In this document: in pieces, positions 13,242 through 25,245 of the stretch | Layout of the letters: each line of letters begins with the position of its first letter | Numbering within the stretch: position 1 is the stretch's first letter | Origin: Octopus vulgaris | Taxonomy: Eukaryota | Assembly: GCA_951406725.2 (NCBI GenBank) | Contig: OX597826.1 | Coordinates: 70,494,001-70,558,000 of the forward strand | Direction: 5' to 3' | DNA length: 64,000 nucleotides | Made by a program: the position numbers and the translations under genes | The notes under the pieces: generated by a model | What the model was told of the DNA's origin: nothing | Database searches by the model: none | Seen by the model: only the letters and a program-made list of their open reading frames with translations

Positions 13242-14929
13242 CCCCTTGATGCTGGTATTACCCGAAGCATGCGAGACATTGCTCCGTTTTTTTTTATCTA
13301 ATGAGGCCACACAAACACACAAGTGCTAACGAGCTCACGTCTATTTACGTTCACCGTTACAATAACATAGCATCGTGCATTTACATCTACCGGTTTATGA
13401 AAACGAACCATGTGAAGCTATTTATCACACACGACCTTCGAACTTTAGGTCTCACCGAGGAAATGACTTGTGACCGAGACCTTTGGAAGTATGCTGTGCG
13501 TGAGAAGACCCGGCAGGACAAGTGAGGCCATAATCCCGTGGCCTCTACCTGGGATGTAGCCAGCCCACTTATGCATTCCTTTCCTTCTTGGGACACAAAA
13601 CTCCACTTGTGAAGACCTGTTGAGGCAAGTGAAAATCAAAATCGTAATCTATCAACATCAATGGAATTTGTAGCTGTGATACCAGTGCCGATGGCACGTA
13701 AGAGAACCATCTGAACGTGGCCGTAGCCAGCGCCACCCTGACTGGCCTTCGTGCTGGTGGCACGTAAAAAGCACCATCCGATCGTGGCCGTTTGCCAGCT
13801 TCGTCTGGTCTCCATGCTGGTGGCACGTAAAAAGCACCATCCGATCGTGGCCATTTGCCAGCCTCGTCTGGCACCTGTGCCGGTGGCATGTAAAAAGCAC
13901 TCACTACACTCACAGAGTGGTTGGCATTAGGAAGGGCATCCAGCTGTAGAAACATTTCCAGATCAGACTGGGCCTGGTGCAGCCTTCTGGCTTCCCAGAC
14001 CCCAGTTAAACTGTCCAACCCGTGCTAGCATGGAAAGCGGACGTTAAACGATGATGATGATTTGCATGAGTTATTCTGCTCAAGTTCAAAACATAGTTTG
14101 CGTGTGGTACAACTCAAAACACGGTATTATGCATGTAATGTATCTGCATGTCATTGGTCTACTGCTAGTCTCATGACTTGAACGTAACCTAAAATAGCCA
14201 AGATGATGCACGGGACGGCAAGCGCGCGCACCTCTAGAGATAAAGTACACAATAGCGAACGTAAACGTACGTCAGCCGCTGAAAAGCCCATGATAGATGT
14301 AGGGCAGCTCTGCATCGTATAGTTACGTTAACCATGGGTAGGCAAGCAAAAGTGTGATCCCATATTTGCATCAACCGTTGCCAAGGGGTTAACTGCACAG
14401 AACGAGCTTGATAAATTTCGGGCAGGACATTATAGAATGATTGGAGAAGCAGAAGTAATCTAAATTTTAACGATATGTCAAAAAATATTAACGTTCTGTC
14501 ACATAAGAAATGCATTAAAACAAAGGTGTCGGGCGTGATGACGAGTGTAAATTCACTGATGGAGGACCGAAGCGCAAACGCAGAACTTGTAATTGATTTG
14601 AAGACATTTTGAATTATGATGCTTTTTCGCTGGAGACCGTTACTTTTATACCTCCTGTACCAATGCATATGCATGTAAAGTATCTGCATGTCATTGGTCT
14701 ACTGCTAGTCCATTGAGTTTAACGTAACCTAAAATAGCTAAGATAATGCAAAGGAACGGCGAGTGCACGTACCTCAAGAGATAAAGTACACAATAGCAAA
14801 TGTAAGCATACGTCAGCCACTAAAAAGTCCGTGATAGATGTAGAGCAGCTCTACATCGTATATTTACGTTAACCGTGGGTAAGCAAGCAAAAGTGTGATC
14901 GCATATTTGCGTCAACCGTTGTGAAGGGG
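13242..14929. mobile_element. TTAA-flanked piggyBac-like non-autonomous element with duplicated right end and nested RTE
   Basis: TTAA-CCCCTTG at 13238; AAGGGG-TTAA at 14383-14392 and at 14924-14933; 14131-14392 is similar to 14671-14933. Confidence 0.65.
13430..14060 (+). mobile_element. 5'-truncated RTE LINE (end of ORF plus 3' UTR plus (GAT)n tail)
   Basis: Encodes HDLRTLGLTEEMTCDRDLWKYAVREKTRQDK*, nearly identical to the C-terminus at 46640-46733. Confidence 0.9.
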
Positions 14930-15146
14930 TTAAAGCTGACACAGAGCTATACAGCAACAACAACAACAAAAACACATATGATGACTTTGTGCCTTTTTAT
15001 TTTCTTTGCAGGTTGTCACTTCAAAGCTGTCATCTCATCTTAAAGTCCATAATACCAAACGACCAAGTCTAACCAATGTCTCTAAGCCTGATCCTTCACA
15101 CAATCCAAACCAGACTCACCCACTGCAGCACAGCTCCATTGTTGCC

Positions 15147-15309
15147 ATGGTTACACAGATCGGTCATTCTTTAGCTGGGGGAAATGATGCCAGCCTCCGA
15201 GACTTCTATATCGGCCTCACTCTTGCCATTTCTTCAAGTCTCTTCATTGGAAGCAGCTTCATCTTCAAGAAACTTGGACTGCTGCGTCTTGCCACTCATG
15301 CCAGAGCAG
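15147..15309 (+). CDS. NIPA2: Magnesium transporter NIPA2-like, coding exon 1
   Basis: [30 protein letters not shown] matches the NIPA2 TM1 region; acceptor ttgcag at 15011 (exon starts 15012), gccATGG at 15147, donor GTGAGA at 15310 (phase 1). Confidence 0.93.
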
Positions 15310-16212
15310 GTGAGATACCTTGACTTTTATCCGTTACAAATTCTTGTGTTAGAGGACATTATTATTGATTGTGGATTCGGGGACAGATTGGATGTGTTTG
15401 TTTGTTTGTGTTTCCCTATGTTTTATTTTTATTGTGGAGATAGATGTGTGATAAGAAGCTTGCTTCTCAACTACACGGTTCCGGGTTCAGTCCCACTATA
15501 TGGCAACTTTTACTCACGCCAACCAAAACCTTGTGATTAGATTTGGTCGATGGAAACTGAAAGAGATACATTTTGTAATCACCTGAAGAGACACATCTAC
15601 ACCAATGGATACTCCTAAACCAGTTGTTAAGTATCCCACCTGTGAGGGATTGATGCTTGATGGGTCAAAACAATTCTGGTGATTCTTGTACCTTCCATCT
15701 TCTGTCTCTTTTGTTAATCGTGTGTGTGTGTATAATGACACCAGGTAGCCTAAACTGTGAACATGCTTTACTCAACACACTAATTGACAGATACTCATTA
15801 GTCCAAAATACACGTATCAAAAGGATGTTATAATAATAGTCTACACATTCAAAAACAACCATACCAACAATCCAACATACCTAAGGTCAATTCAGTCAGC
15901 TAAAATTCTTTAAAGTGTTGTCCCAGCATGGCTGCAGTCTCACAACTGCCACCTCCCCTCCCCGCATGCTGGAGCCTCATGGAGCTTTAGGTGTTTTCAC
16001 TCAATAAACACAACGCCTGGTCTGGGAATTGAAACCGCAATCCTACAACCACTAGTCCGCTACCATAACCACTGGGCCATTGCAACTCCACATACACACA
16101 CACACATATTTAAATGGGCAGGCAAGCAGGGAACCTCAGAAAAAGTGAGACAGACAGACAAAGCAAGCAAAAGACGGAAAGAAAATTAGAGAAAGGCATA
16201 CACACACACATA

Positions 16213-16250
<38 letters not shown>

Positions 16251-16308
16251 TCCAATATTTTGTACCATTTGTCGTAAAGCAAGCTGTAAATATCTTTTGT
16301 CATTTCAG

Positions 16309-16365
16309 GTCAGGGCGGATATGGTTACCTACGAGAATGGCTTTGGTGGGCTGGCATGACGCTGA
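16309..16365 (+). CDS. NIPA2: NIPA2-like coding exon 2 (57 nt)
   Basis: tttcag|GTCAGGGC...CTGA|gtaagt; GQGGYGYLREWLWWAGMTL. Confidence 0.95.
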
Positions 16366-16632
16366 GTAAGTACTTTTAGGGTTCTTCTTATCACCCCAGT
16401 CTATATGAGGGTAGCTTTGACACCAGATGCTCCTAAAGTTTTCATTTCATACATTGGCCACCCTCATATTCCATCCTACACACTAATAAGATATTAAGCA
16501 AGAAAGCTTTGGTATTCATATTTAAAGATCAAAGGTCCCTTCTACAACACTGAGTAAATATCCTTTGTCTATATGAGGATATTTATGGTACTGAGTAAAA
16601 TGCCCTCTAATATTCTTAAATAGCTGTTATTT

Positions 16633-16870
16633 AGGCGGCGAGCTGGCAGAAACGTTAGCACGCCGAGCGAAATGCTTGACGGTATTTCGTCTGCCGTTAC
16701 GTTCTGAGTTCAAATTCCACTGAGGTTGACTTTGTCTTTTATCCTTTCAGGGTCGATAAATTAAGTACCAGTTATGCCCTGGGGTTGATATTATCGACTT
16801 GATCCCTTTGTCTGTCCTTGTTTGTCCCCTCTATGTTTAGCCCCTTGAGGGCAGTAAAGAAATAAATAGG
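16633..16870 (+). mobile_element. SINE family B, full monomer
   Basis: Head GGCGGCGAGCTGGCAGAAACG, B box GAGTTCAAATTCC, tail AAAGAAATAAATAG. Confidence 0.85.
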
Positions 16871-17995
16871 TGTTATTGGTAGCTATCCTTATATAGAATA
16901 TTGTATGAGGAGAGTCAAAAAGTAATGCTATTTTGTTTAGGACAGGTATAATTACCAACACTGGAATATGTATCATACATCAAAATGAAGCTGGTCCTCT
17001 GTGGATCACATCCCTACTTCTCAACATAGTCACCGCTTCTCTCAATAGCATTGTTCCACCTTCGAATGAGAGCATGTATCCCTGCCCCGAAATTGTTTTG
17101 CTCAAGAACAGAACACATCGCCCAGTCCAGGAATTGAAACCACAATCTTACAATCATGAAGTCCAACACCCTTACTACAAAGCCATGCTCCTCCAGCAAT
17201 GATGGTGGCCACTTTTATATTGGACTGGATGGCAATTATTGTGTCCTGATGTCATTATAAGCAGCTATTCTGCTATAAACTATTTTGGTGGTCACCTGTA
17301 CTGGTGGCACGTAAAAAGCACCATCCGAATGTGGCCGATGCCAGCACTGCCTTGACTGGCTTCCGTGCCGGTGGCACGTAAAAAGCCCCAACCGATTGTG
17401 GCCATTGCCAGCCCAGCCTGGCACCTGTGCTGGTGGCATGTAAAAAGCACCCACTACACTCACGGAGTGGTTGGCATTAGGAAGGGCATCCAGCTGTAGA
17501 AACATTGCCAGATTAGACTGGAGCTTGGTGCGGTCTCCTGGCTTTCCAGACCCCAGTCAAACCGTCCAACCCATGCTAGCATGGAAAACGACGATGATGA
17601 TGGTGATTGTACCATGATATAAACTAGAAGTGGCAACAATGCACAAGAACAGTTATACAAGACTTGTCTCCTGTAGCTGCTGTTCTCTTTTGACTTGTCA
17701 TTTTAAAAAGCTACTTTGATATCGGCTGGAATGGTTGTCATTATTACTCTATATGGTGTGAAGTTGCTATCGTGTTAGAGGATGGGTTGGCTGTTGTTGA
17801 CCTTAGATATCTATAATAAAGGATGTCCTGGTATTGAGTAGGGTGGTTACTTTTGTTTCCTGTTGTTATTCTGCCTGGATATAGGTCAATTTAGTATTGT
17901 AATTATTTCATATGATCTTGCAGCCAATTTTCTTTCAAATCAGACCAAAAACACACACACACACATTATTTTCTTCAAAAAGAATTCATAGTTGT

Positions 17996-18207
17996 TACGT
18001 TTATGTATTTGTGTAGCTGAAAAGCTAAAAAGAACGCTGATGGTGACCACTGATGCGGTCACAGGAGTGTGACGAAAGAACTCTGGCCGAAGTAAGATTA
18101 AGATTAATGTAAAAAAAATAAATAACGCTGAAGCAAAGTAACACCAAATATATAGTGCGTGTGTTTTTATTGGCTAAACTGGTAAAATGACCATTCCTAA
18201 ATACAAC
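17996..18207 (+). mobile_element. 212-bp insertion carrying a hammerhead-like fold
   Basis: 13-bp direct repeat AATTCATAGTTGT at 17983-17995 and 18208-18220; hammerhead-like motif at 18044-18089. Confidence 0.6.
18044..18089 (+). ncRNA. Putative variant minimal hammerhead (C3-G8, N9=C, extra G)
   Basis: TGACCA-CTGATGC-G-GTCAC aggagt GTGAC-GAA-AGAACT-C-TGGCCG. Confidence 0.5.
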
Positions 18208-18963
18208 AATTCATAGTTGTGTTTTGTATGATAACGTAAAAGACTTGATGGTAACAGCTGGAGCCTGTTTGGACATTAGTCTGTTGGAGCAAAGCTCACC
18301 TGAGCAACTCTGTAACACAATGCTGTATATTATGCAATTATGTAAGTAATTATGTCTAGCTGTGTAATGTATTGTTCTTTTGGAAGAAATAAACTCAACT
18401 TAGTGAAGAACTCAATATGAAGTAGGAACAGCTGCAAAGTAGGACACAAACTCAGGGTTTTGTCTCATGGCTTGCTCTGTGTCAAAAGGAAAATTGAATA
18501 GAATTTGCCTTTGTAAAGAGGTGGTGGTGGTGGTGTGGGGGTAGGTATTTGAAACAGTGTGGGGAATAGTGGTATGCCAGCGTGTTAGTGGTCGTTGGAG
18601 AAATATAAAAACAATTAAACAATAATCCAAGGTGGTGCCCCAGCGTGACCACATTTTCATGACTGAAGCAAGTAAAAGATAAAAGAATAACAAAGAATAT
18701 ATTTTGTCTTTTCCTTGTTTCAGTCATTTGGATGTGGCCATGCTGGAGTACTGCTTTGTAGAGTTTTAGTTGAATTAATCTAATCCAGTAGTTTTTTTTT
18801 AATTAAAAATTTTTTTTTAAGAACTGGTATTATTCTGTCAGCCTCTTTTGCAGAACTGTTAAGTTAAAGGGATGTAAACAAAGCAACACCAGTTAAGTGG
18901 CAGTTGGAGACAAACACAGACATGCACACACAAATATTTGTGTGTGTGTGTGTGTATATTATG

Positions 18964-19146
18964 ATTTAGGGTATCTAAGAGATACCACCACGCTTGAAAT
19001 AGCAGTCAAAACTTGACTCCTCTAAAACCACATTAAAAGTTCATACAGCACCAGGAGAGAGGTGCTGTATGAACATTTAATGTGGTTTTAGAGTCAAGTT
19101 TTGGCTGCTATTTCAAGCGTGGTGGTATCTCTTAGATACCCTAAAT
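18964..19146. repeat. Near-perfect palindrome (arms about 88 bp, 8-nt loop)
   Basis: ATTTAGGGTATCTAAGAG...CAGCACC aggagaga GGTGCTG...CTCTTAGATACCCTAAAT. Confidence 0.9.
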
Positions 19147-19435
19147 TATAATTTTAATAATAATTATTACCTTTGAAGGTTTTTATCCCCATGCTGACCA
19201 CTTGATAAGTTTGATATTTAAATAATGATCTTATCCTTAGCCTCGTCTGGCACCTGTGTCGGTGGCACATAAAAAGCACCCACTACACTCACAGAGTGGT
19301 TGGCGTTAGGAAGGGCATCCAGCTGTAGAAACACTACCAGATCTGACTGCCCTGGTGCAGCCTTCGGGCTTCCCAGACCCCAGTTGAACCGTCCAACCCA
19401 TGCTAGCATGGAAAGCGGACATTAAATGATGATGA

Positions 19436-19475
<40 letters not shown>

Positions 19476-19636
19476 CTTCTGGCTTCACAGACCCCAGTAG
19501 AACCGTCCAACCCATGCTAGCATGGAAAACAGACGCTAAATGATGATGATGATGATGATGATGTATATATATGTATATTAGAAATATTAAATTTCTAAAT
19601 ATCTTAGAGAGATATGTGCGGTGGTGGAGCGATAGG

Positions 19637-19906
19637 GTGGTTGTATACTGTCAACTTGACGTGACAGTCTTGTAAGGGAATTACACCACCATTTGCTACT
19701 CTAGTCTGATGACGGGCAAGACCCAGAAACATGCATGTCTCTAGATGCAGGACTAGCTGTTGGGGGTGCTTGTCTCCCCTTCGTAAATATATAAAGACAC
19801 AGGAAATGTGTCAAGGCCGACAGGAAGCGTCGATGCTTCCTAGGGCTAAATAGAGGTGGTGTAATTCCCTTTATGGGACTGTCACGTTAAGTTGACAGTA
19901 TACAAC

Positions 19907-19909
<3 letters not shown>
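19637..19909. mobile_element. Penelope-like foldback unit in (TA)n
   Basis: Inverted arms 19637-19690 and 19855-19909 enclosing a hammerhead motif. Confidence 0.65.
19700..19745 (+). ncRNA. Minimal type I hammerhead ribozyme fold
   Basis: TCTAG-t-CTGATGA-c-GGG caaga CCC-a-GAA-ACATGCATGT-C-t-CTAGA; palindromic stem III, GUC site with predicted cut after 19739; U.U mismatch next to the site. Confidence 0.65.
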
Positions 19910-19956
<47 letters not shown>

Positions 19957-20179
19957 CAAAATAAGAAAATGGAGAAATACACCTTAATCAATAATCAACT
20001 ACCAGATAATACCCAATCACATAATTTATTAAACCACTACATATGATCATCAAGGTCAAACATAATAGTATAGAACAAAACAATGCACATCAATGAGTAA
20101 TATGATACAATAAGTACAGTATGTATATTGGATATATGTTATCCCATGGTGGGTTGCATTCACAACCCCTATCTCAATT

Positions 20180-20218
<39 letters not shown>

Positions 20219-20828
20219 GCAGCGTGAGTGAGTGATAGATGACAAGATTATTTTCAGTTTCATCATGGTTTAACGTCCGTTTTTCCATGCTAGCATGGGT
20301 TCTGTTTAGCAAATCCACTTGCAAGACATTTGCCCATGGTGACATGCAGTAGGGCTAATCCCAGTACCATGTAGTTGAGAAGTAAACTTCTTATCAAACC
20401 CAGCGTGCATATATATATATTCTTTTACTTGTTTCAGTCAGGTGACTGCAGCCATGCTGGAGCACCACCTTTAGTCAAACAAAATTGACTCCATGACTTA
20501 TTCTTTGTAAGCCTAGTACTTTTTCTATCAGTCTCTTTTGCCGAACCGCTAAGTTATGGGGATGAAAACACAATGACATTGGTTGTCAAGCAATGGTGGT
20601 GTGGACAAACACAGACACATAGACAAATATATGTCGACAGATAGACACATACACATATGAGAGGCTTCTTTCACTTTCCATCTACCAAATCCACTCACAA
20701 GGCTTTGGTCGGCCCGAGGCTATAGTAGAAGACACTTGCCCAAGGTGCCACACAGCAGGATTGAACTTGAAACTATGTGGTTGGGAAGCAAGCTTCTTAC
20801 CACACAGCCACGCTGCACTTAAATATAC

Positions 20829-20869
<41 letters not shown>

Positions 20870-21597
20870 TGGTGGATGAAGGGGTGTTGCCTTAGTTGCC
20901 TGGCCACACCCTTTCTGGCTGAGCCAACACCAAAAGAATCAGACTAAGGTTTTTCAGGCAGCAATCAAAGAGAAGGGAGTTAACTCTTACTAGAATAGGA
21001 ATTGCCAGACCTACTAGGTGTTGCCTGAAATTTTTGGGGAACATCCCAAAAAATAAAATGGTAGTGGATTCTGTATAGATGCAAAAAGGTGAGCAAATTA
21101 TGTGTTTGTGTGTGTGTGTGTTGTTATATGGTGGTACAATCCAAAAGATCATCTCCACACGACATAAATAATTCAAAGGTAAACAGATCTGAGGATTGGC
21201 TAAACAGATTTTGTGTGTTTTACAGGTTATGTAACCTACATTGTTTAGCTTTGAAACATATGTAGTCTTTATTTACCTTTTCCTTTGTTTCCATTCTCAG
21301 ATATACATATGTTAGATTGAGGTTATTATTTCAAGGAAAGTTTAAGAATAGTAATGGAATATTTACTGATAGTAGGAGTGGGGGTTCTCAACACAGAGAG
21401 TAGAAAGTAAGAAATTGAAAATTTGTCTTTGAGTTGGACTTCATATTTCAACTGATGACTTATTTAGCATGGCCAGACCATACCATATCATGTAGCTGGA
21501 TAAACTTGGTCCTAGTGAACATGAATTTTTACAGTGTATGTGTGTGTACGCATGTAATCCTGACCTTGACTTTAATATTGTTGTTTTTTTGTTTCAG

Positions 21598-21688
21598 TGT
21601 CCCTTGGTGAAATAGCAAACTTTGCAGCATATGCTTTTGCACCTGCGACACTTGTCACCCCTCTTGGGGCTCTGAGTGTACTTGTGAG
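21598..21688 (+). CDS. NIPA2: NIPA2-like coding exon 3 (91 nt)
   Basis: tttcag|TGTCCC...GTGAG|gtaaga; [30 protein letters not shown] is the family signature. Confidence 0.97.
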
Positions 21689-22247
21689 GTAAGAACAAAT
21701 ATTGCTTGCTTGAAAGAATTTTTTATTTTTTTATTCATGACAGAGGTAGGAGTGGCTGTGTGGTAAGTAGCTTGCTTATGAACCACATGGTTCCGGGTTC
21801 AGTTCCACTGCATGGCATCTCAAGCCCTGTGTTAGTAGGGTGCTAAGAGCACCATCCGAGCGTGATCGTTGCCAGAGCAGCTAACTGGCTTCCGTCCTGG
21901 TGGCACATAAAAGGCACTATTCGAGCGTGATCATTACCAGCGTCGCTTTACTGGCACCTGTGCCAGTGGCATGTGTAAAAAAATTCGAGTGGGGTCGTTG
22001 CCAGTACCGCCTGACTGGCACATAAAAAGCACCCACTACACTCTTGGAGTGGTTGGCGTTAGGAAGGGCATCCAGCTGTAGAAACTCTGCAAGATCAAGA
22101 TTGGAGCCTGGTGCAACCATCTGGTTTGCCAACCCTCAGTCAAAATCGTCCAACCCATACTAGCATGGAAAGTGGACGTTAAACGATGATGATGATGATT
22201 CATGTCAGAGAGTAATTTGGGGCTGCATTCACTTTTTCTGTTAGGGT

Positions 22248-22475
22248 TTAACCAGTTCGTATTCAGATTACTCTCTCAAATGCGATACTTATTTATTCTC
22301 ATTGTTTTAAAATCATCTTGCATTATCTCATAGCTTTGAGATTTCATTGATGTCATTGTTTATGGTTTGAATGACATTGTCAGGTAGGTGTGAGAGGCCA
22401 GTTATGGCCAGTTTGAACATAAAACACCTAGAACAATTGGGATGGATATGGTCCGTTTAAATGCTAAAGGATTAA
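22248..22475. mobile_element. TTAA-flanked MITE (older copy of the 54386-54606 family)
   Basis: Colinear similarity to 54386-54606 with TTAA at both ends. Confidence 0.7.
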
Positions 22476-23379
22476 AATTTAACCCCTAAGTCACAACAAC
22501 CCAGTCTCCTCATCAGCTGTTAATAGGTTCCACACTGTAGAATAAATAATGGTTGTAAGTGGCAGCAGCAGAAATTACTAGCTAATATGTTAGGTTTCAG
22601 TGTTTAGTTCATGTTGTCTTGTGGGGAAAGTTACACACCACAGGCTGACACCAGCTGGAAATTTATGCCATATCTGTTTGTTGCCACAAAAAGTCAATAA
22701 AAATATTCTTTTCTACTTTAGGCACAAAGCCTGGAATTTTTGGGGAGGGCGGGCAGTCGATTAGATCAACCCCAGTATGCAACTGGTACTTAATTTATCG
22801 ATCGCGAAAGGATGAAAAACAAAGTTGACCTCGGCGGAATTTGAACTTAGAATGTGAAGGCAGACGAAATACCTATTTCTTTACTACCCACAAGGGGCTA
22901 AACACAGAGAGGACAAATAAGGACAGACAAATGGATTAAGTCGATTATATCGACCCCAGTGCGTAACTGGTACTTATTTAATCGACCCCGAAAGGATGAA
23001 AAACAAAGTTGACCTTGGTGGAATTTGACCTTGGCGGAATTTGACCTTAGAATGTAAAGACAAACGAAATACCGCTAAGCATTTCGCCCGGCGTGCTAAC
23101 GTTTCTGGCAGCTCACCGCCATAGTCAATAAAAATATTGACCAAGAACTTGATGGGATTCTGTGATGATACATGCATGCAGACAGAGTATTTTACTGTAT
23201 ATTCATGTAGCACCCATCGCACCCAGAGTGGTTGGCATTATGAAGGCCATCCAGCTGTAGAAACCATACCAAATCAGACTGGAATCTAGTGCAGCTTTTC
23301 AGCTTACCAGCCCTTATCAAGCCATAGACAACGGATGTTAAATGATGATGATGATACATATATTATATGTGTATATATA

Positions 23380-23690
23380 TAAGACTTTTGTGCGTAATAA
23401 GATAAAGAAAACCAAGGCTGTATAGATATTAGAGCATTTATAGATAGAAGGTCTTACAGCTGTTTCTAGGATATTAATTAATAATATCCCTTCATCAGAG
23501 ACGGTGTGAGAGGAAAATTAAGTCATAGTTAGTTTCGATGTGATACAAAATAGAGAGTGAGGTGGAGGAAAGAAAATAGATGTAACATATGTATGGGTCT
23601 GTCTATATCACTTATTCAGCATTACCTGACACCTTTGGGTCTCAATGACACCATTCTCTCTTATAACCTCAATATTATGTGTGTATATAT
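23380..23690 (-). mobile_element. Penelope-like pseudo-LTR fragment in (TA)n
   Basis: Contains a hammerhead; both ends match pieces of the rearranged copy at 30157-30413. Confidence 0.65.
23451..23502 (-). ncRNA. Minimal type I hammerhead ribozyme fold
   Basis: - strand GTCT-CTGATGA-a-GGGATATTA ttaat TAATATCCT-a-GAA-ACAGCTGT-A-AGAC; all three stems pair, palindromic stem III, GUA site with cut between 23455 and 23454. Confidence 0.8.
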
Positions 23691-23786
23691 ATATATATAT
23701 GATTGATTGATTGATTGATTCCAGTTTCAGCTCATGAGCTGTGGCCATGCTGGGGCACCGCCATTATATATATATATATATGGGTA

Positions 23787-24015
23787 TACTCTTTTTACTC
23801 TTTACTCTTTTACTTGTTTCAGTCATATGACTGCGGCCATGCTGGAGCACCGCCTTTAATCGAGCAACTCGACCCCGGGACTTATTCGTTTGTAAGCCCA
23901 GTACTTATTCTATCGGTCTCTTTTGCCGAACCGCTAAGTAACGGGGACGTAAGCACACCAGCATCGGTTGTCAAGCAACACTAGGGGGACAAACACAGAC
24001 ACACAAACACACACA

Positions 24016-24056
<41 letters not shown>

Positions 24057-24219
24057 GACGGGCTTCTTTCAGTTTCCATCTACCAAATCCACTCACAAGG
24101 CTTTGGTCGGCCCGAGGGTATAGTAGAAGACACTTGCCCAAGGTGCCACGCAGTGGGACTGAACCCGGAATCTTGTGGTTGGTAAACAAGCTACTTACCA
24201 CACAGCCACTCCTGCGCCT
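23787..24219 (-). mobile_element. SINE family A, full length
   Basis: Complete head-to-tail match to the other family A copies. Confidence 0.9.
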
Positions 24220-24425
24220 ATATGTAACGGGTATATGTAACTATTTGGACTTTAAGGTGTATGTCTATTGGTGTGTCAAATAAAGCACATTCACCGTTTG
24301 GGCTACCTGATGTCATCTACAGGTATGCTATAATTTTCACTGGATCTATGTCAGGAAATCCGCAAGGTCTGTTGAGTTTATAGTTGATAAAGAAATGGAA
24401 GATGGATTTAGTAACAAGTCTTTAC

Positions 24426-25245
24426 TCAGCACAACAATCGTTTCGTCACATCTTGCATCTCTCCTACAGGATGTTGTGCATCAGGTTGCATTACTTCAAT
24501 TAGTGCAAGCTGTGTCACTTCAGGTGCTTGGGTGTAGAAAAATATCCCCCTAGATATACTGTGATCTCCTTGGCATGTTGTTCTGGTTAGTTGTACATTG
24601 GTATACTTACAGTGTACATTGTGGTACAGTTACGGTGTATACTCTTTACTCTTTTACTTGTTTCAGTCATTTGACTGTGGCCATACTGGAGCACAGCCTT
24701 TAGTCGAGCAAATCGACCCCAGGACTTATTCTTTGTAAACCTAGTACTTACTCTATCGGTCTCTTTTGCTGAACCACTAAGTTACAGGGACGTAAACACA
24801 CCAGCATCGGTTGTCAAGCGATGTTGGGGGGACAAACACATAAACATATACACACACACAAACATATATATATATATATATACGACGGGCTTCTTTCATT
24901 TTCCGTCTACCAAAACCACTCACAAGGCTTTGGTCGGCCTGAGGCTATAGTAGAAGACACTTTCCCAAGGTGCCACGCAGTGGAACTGAACCCGGAACCA
25001 TGTGGTTGGTAAGCAAGCTACTTACCACACAGCCACTCCTGCACCTGTATGTTGGTACGCAGTAAGTATACCCATGTACAACTAGCCAGAACAATGCACC
25101 AAAGAGATCACAGTATATCTAGTGGGATATTATTCTACACCAACCACCTGAAGTGACAGAGCCTGCACAGATTGATTCAGTGCAACCCAATGTGCAACAT
25201 CCTGTGGGACAGATGCAGGATGCGTCGAAATGGTCAACATGCTGA
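24426..25245. repeat. Old foldback (arms about 185 bp) interrupted centrally by a family A SINE (24640-25046)
   Basis: 24426-24610 is a diverged reverse complement of 25062-25245. Confidence 0.8.
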
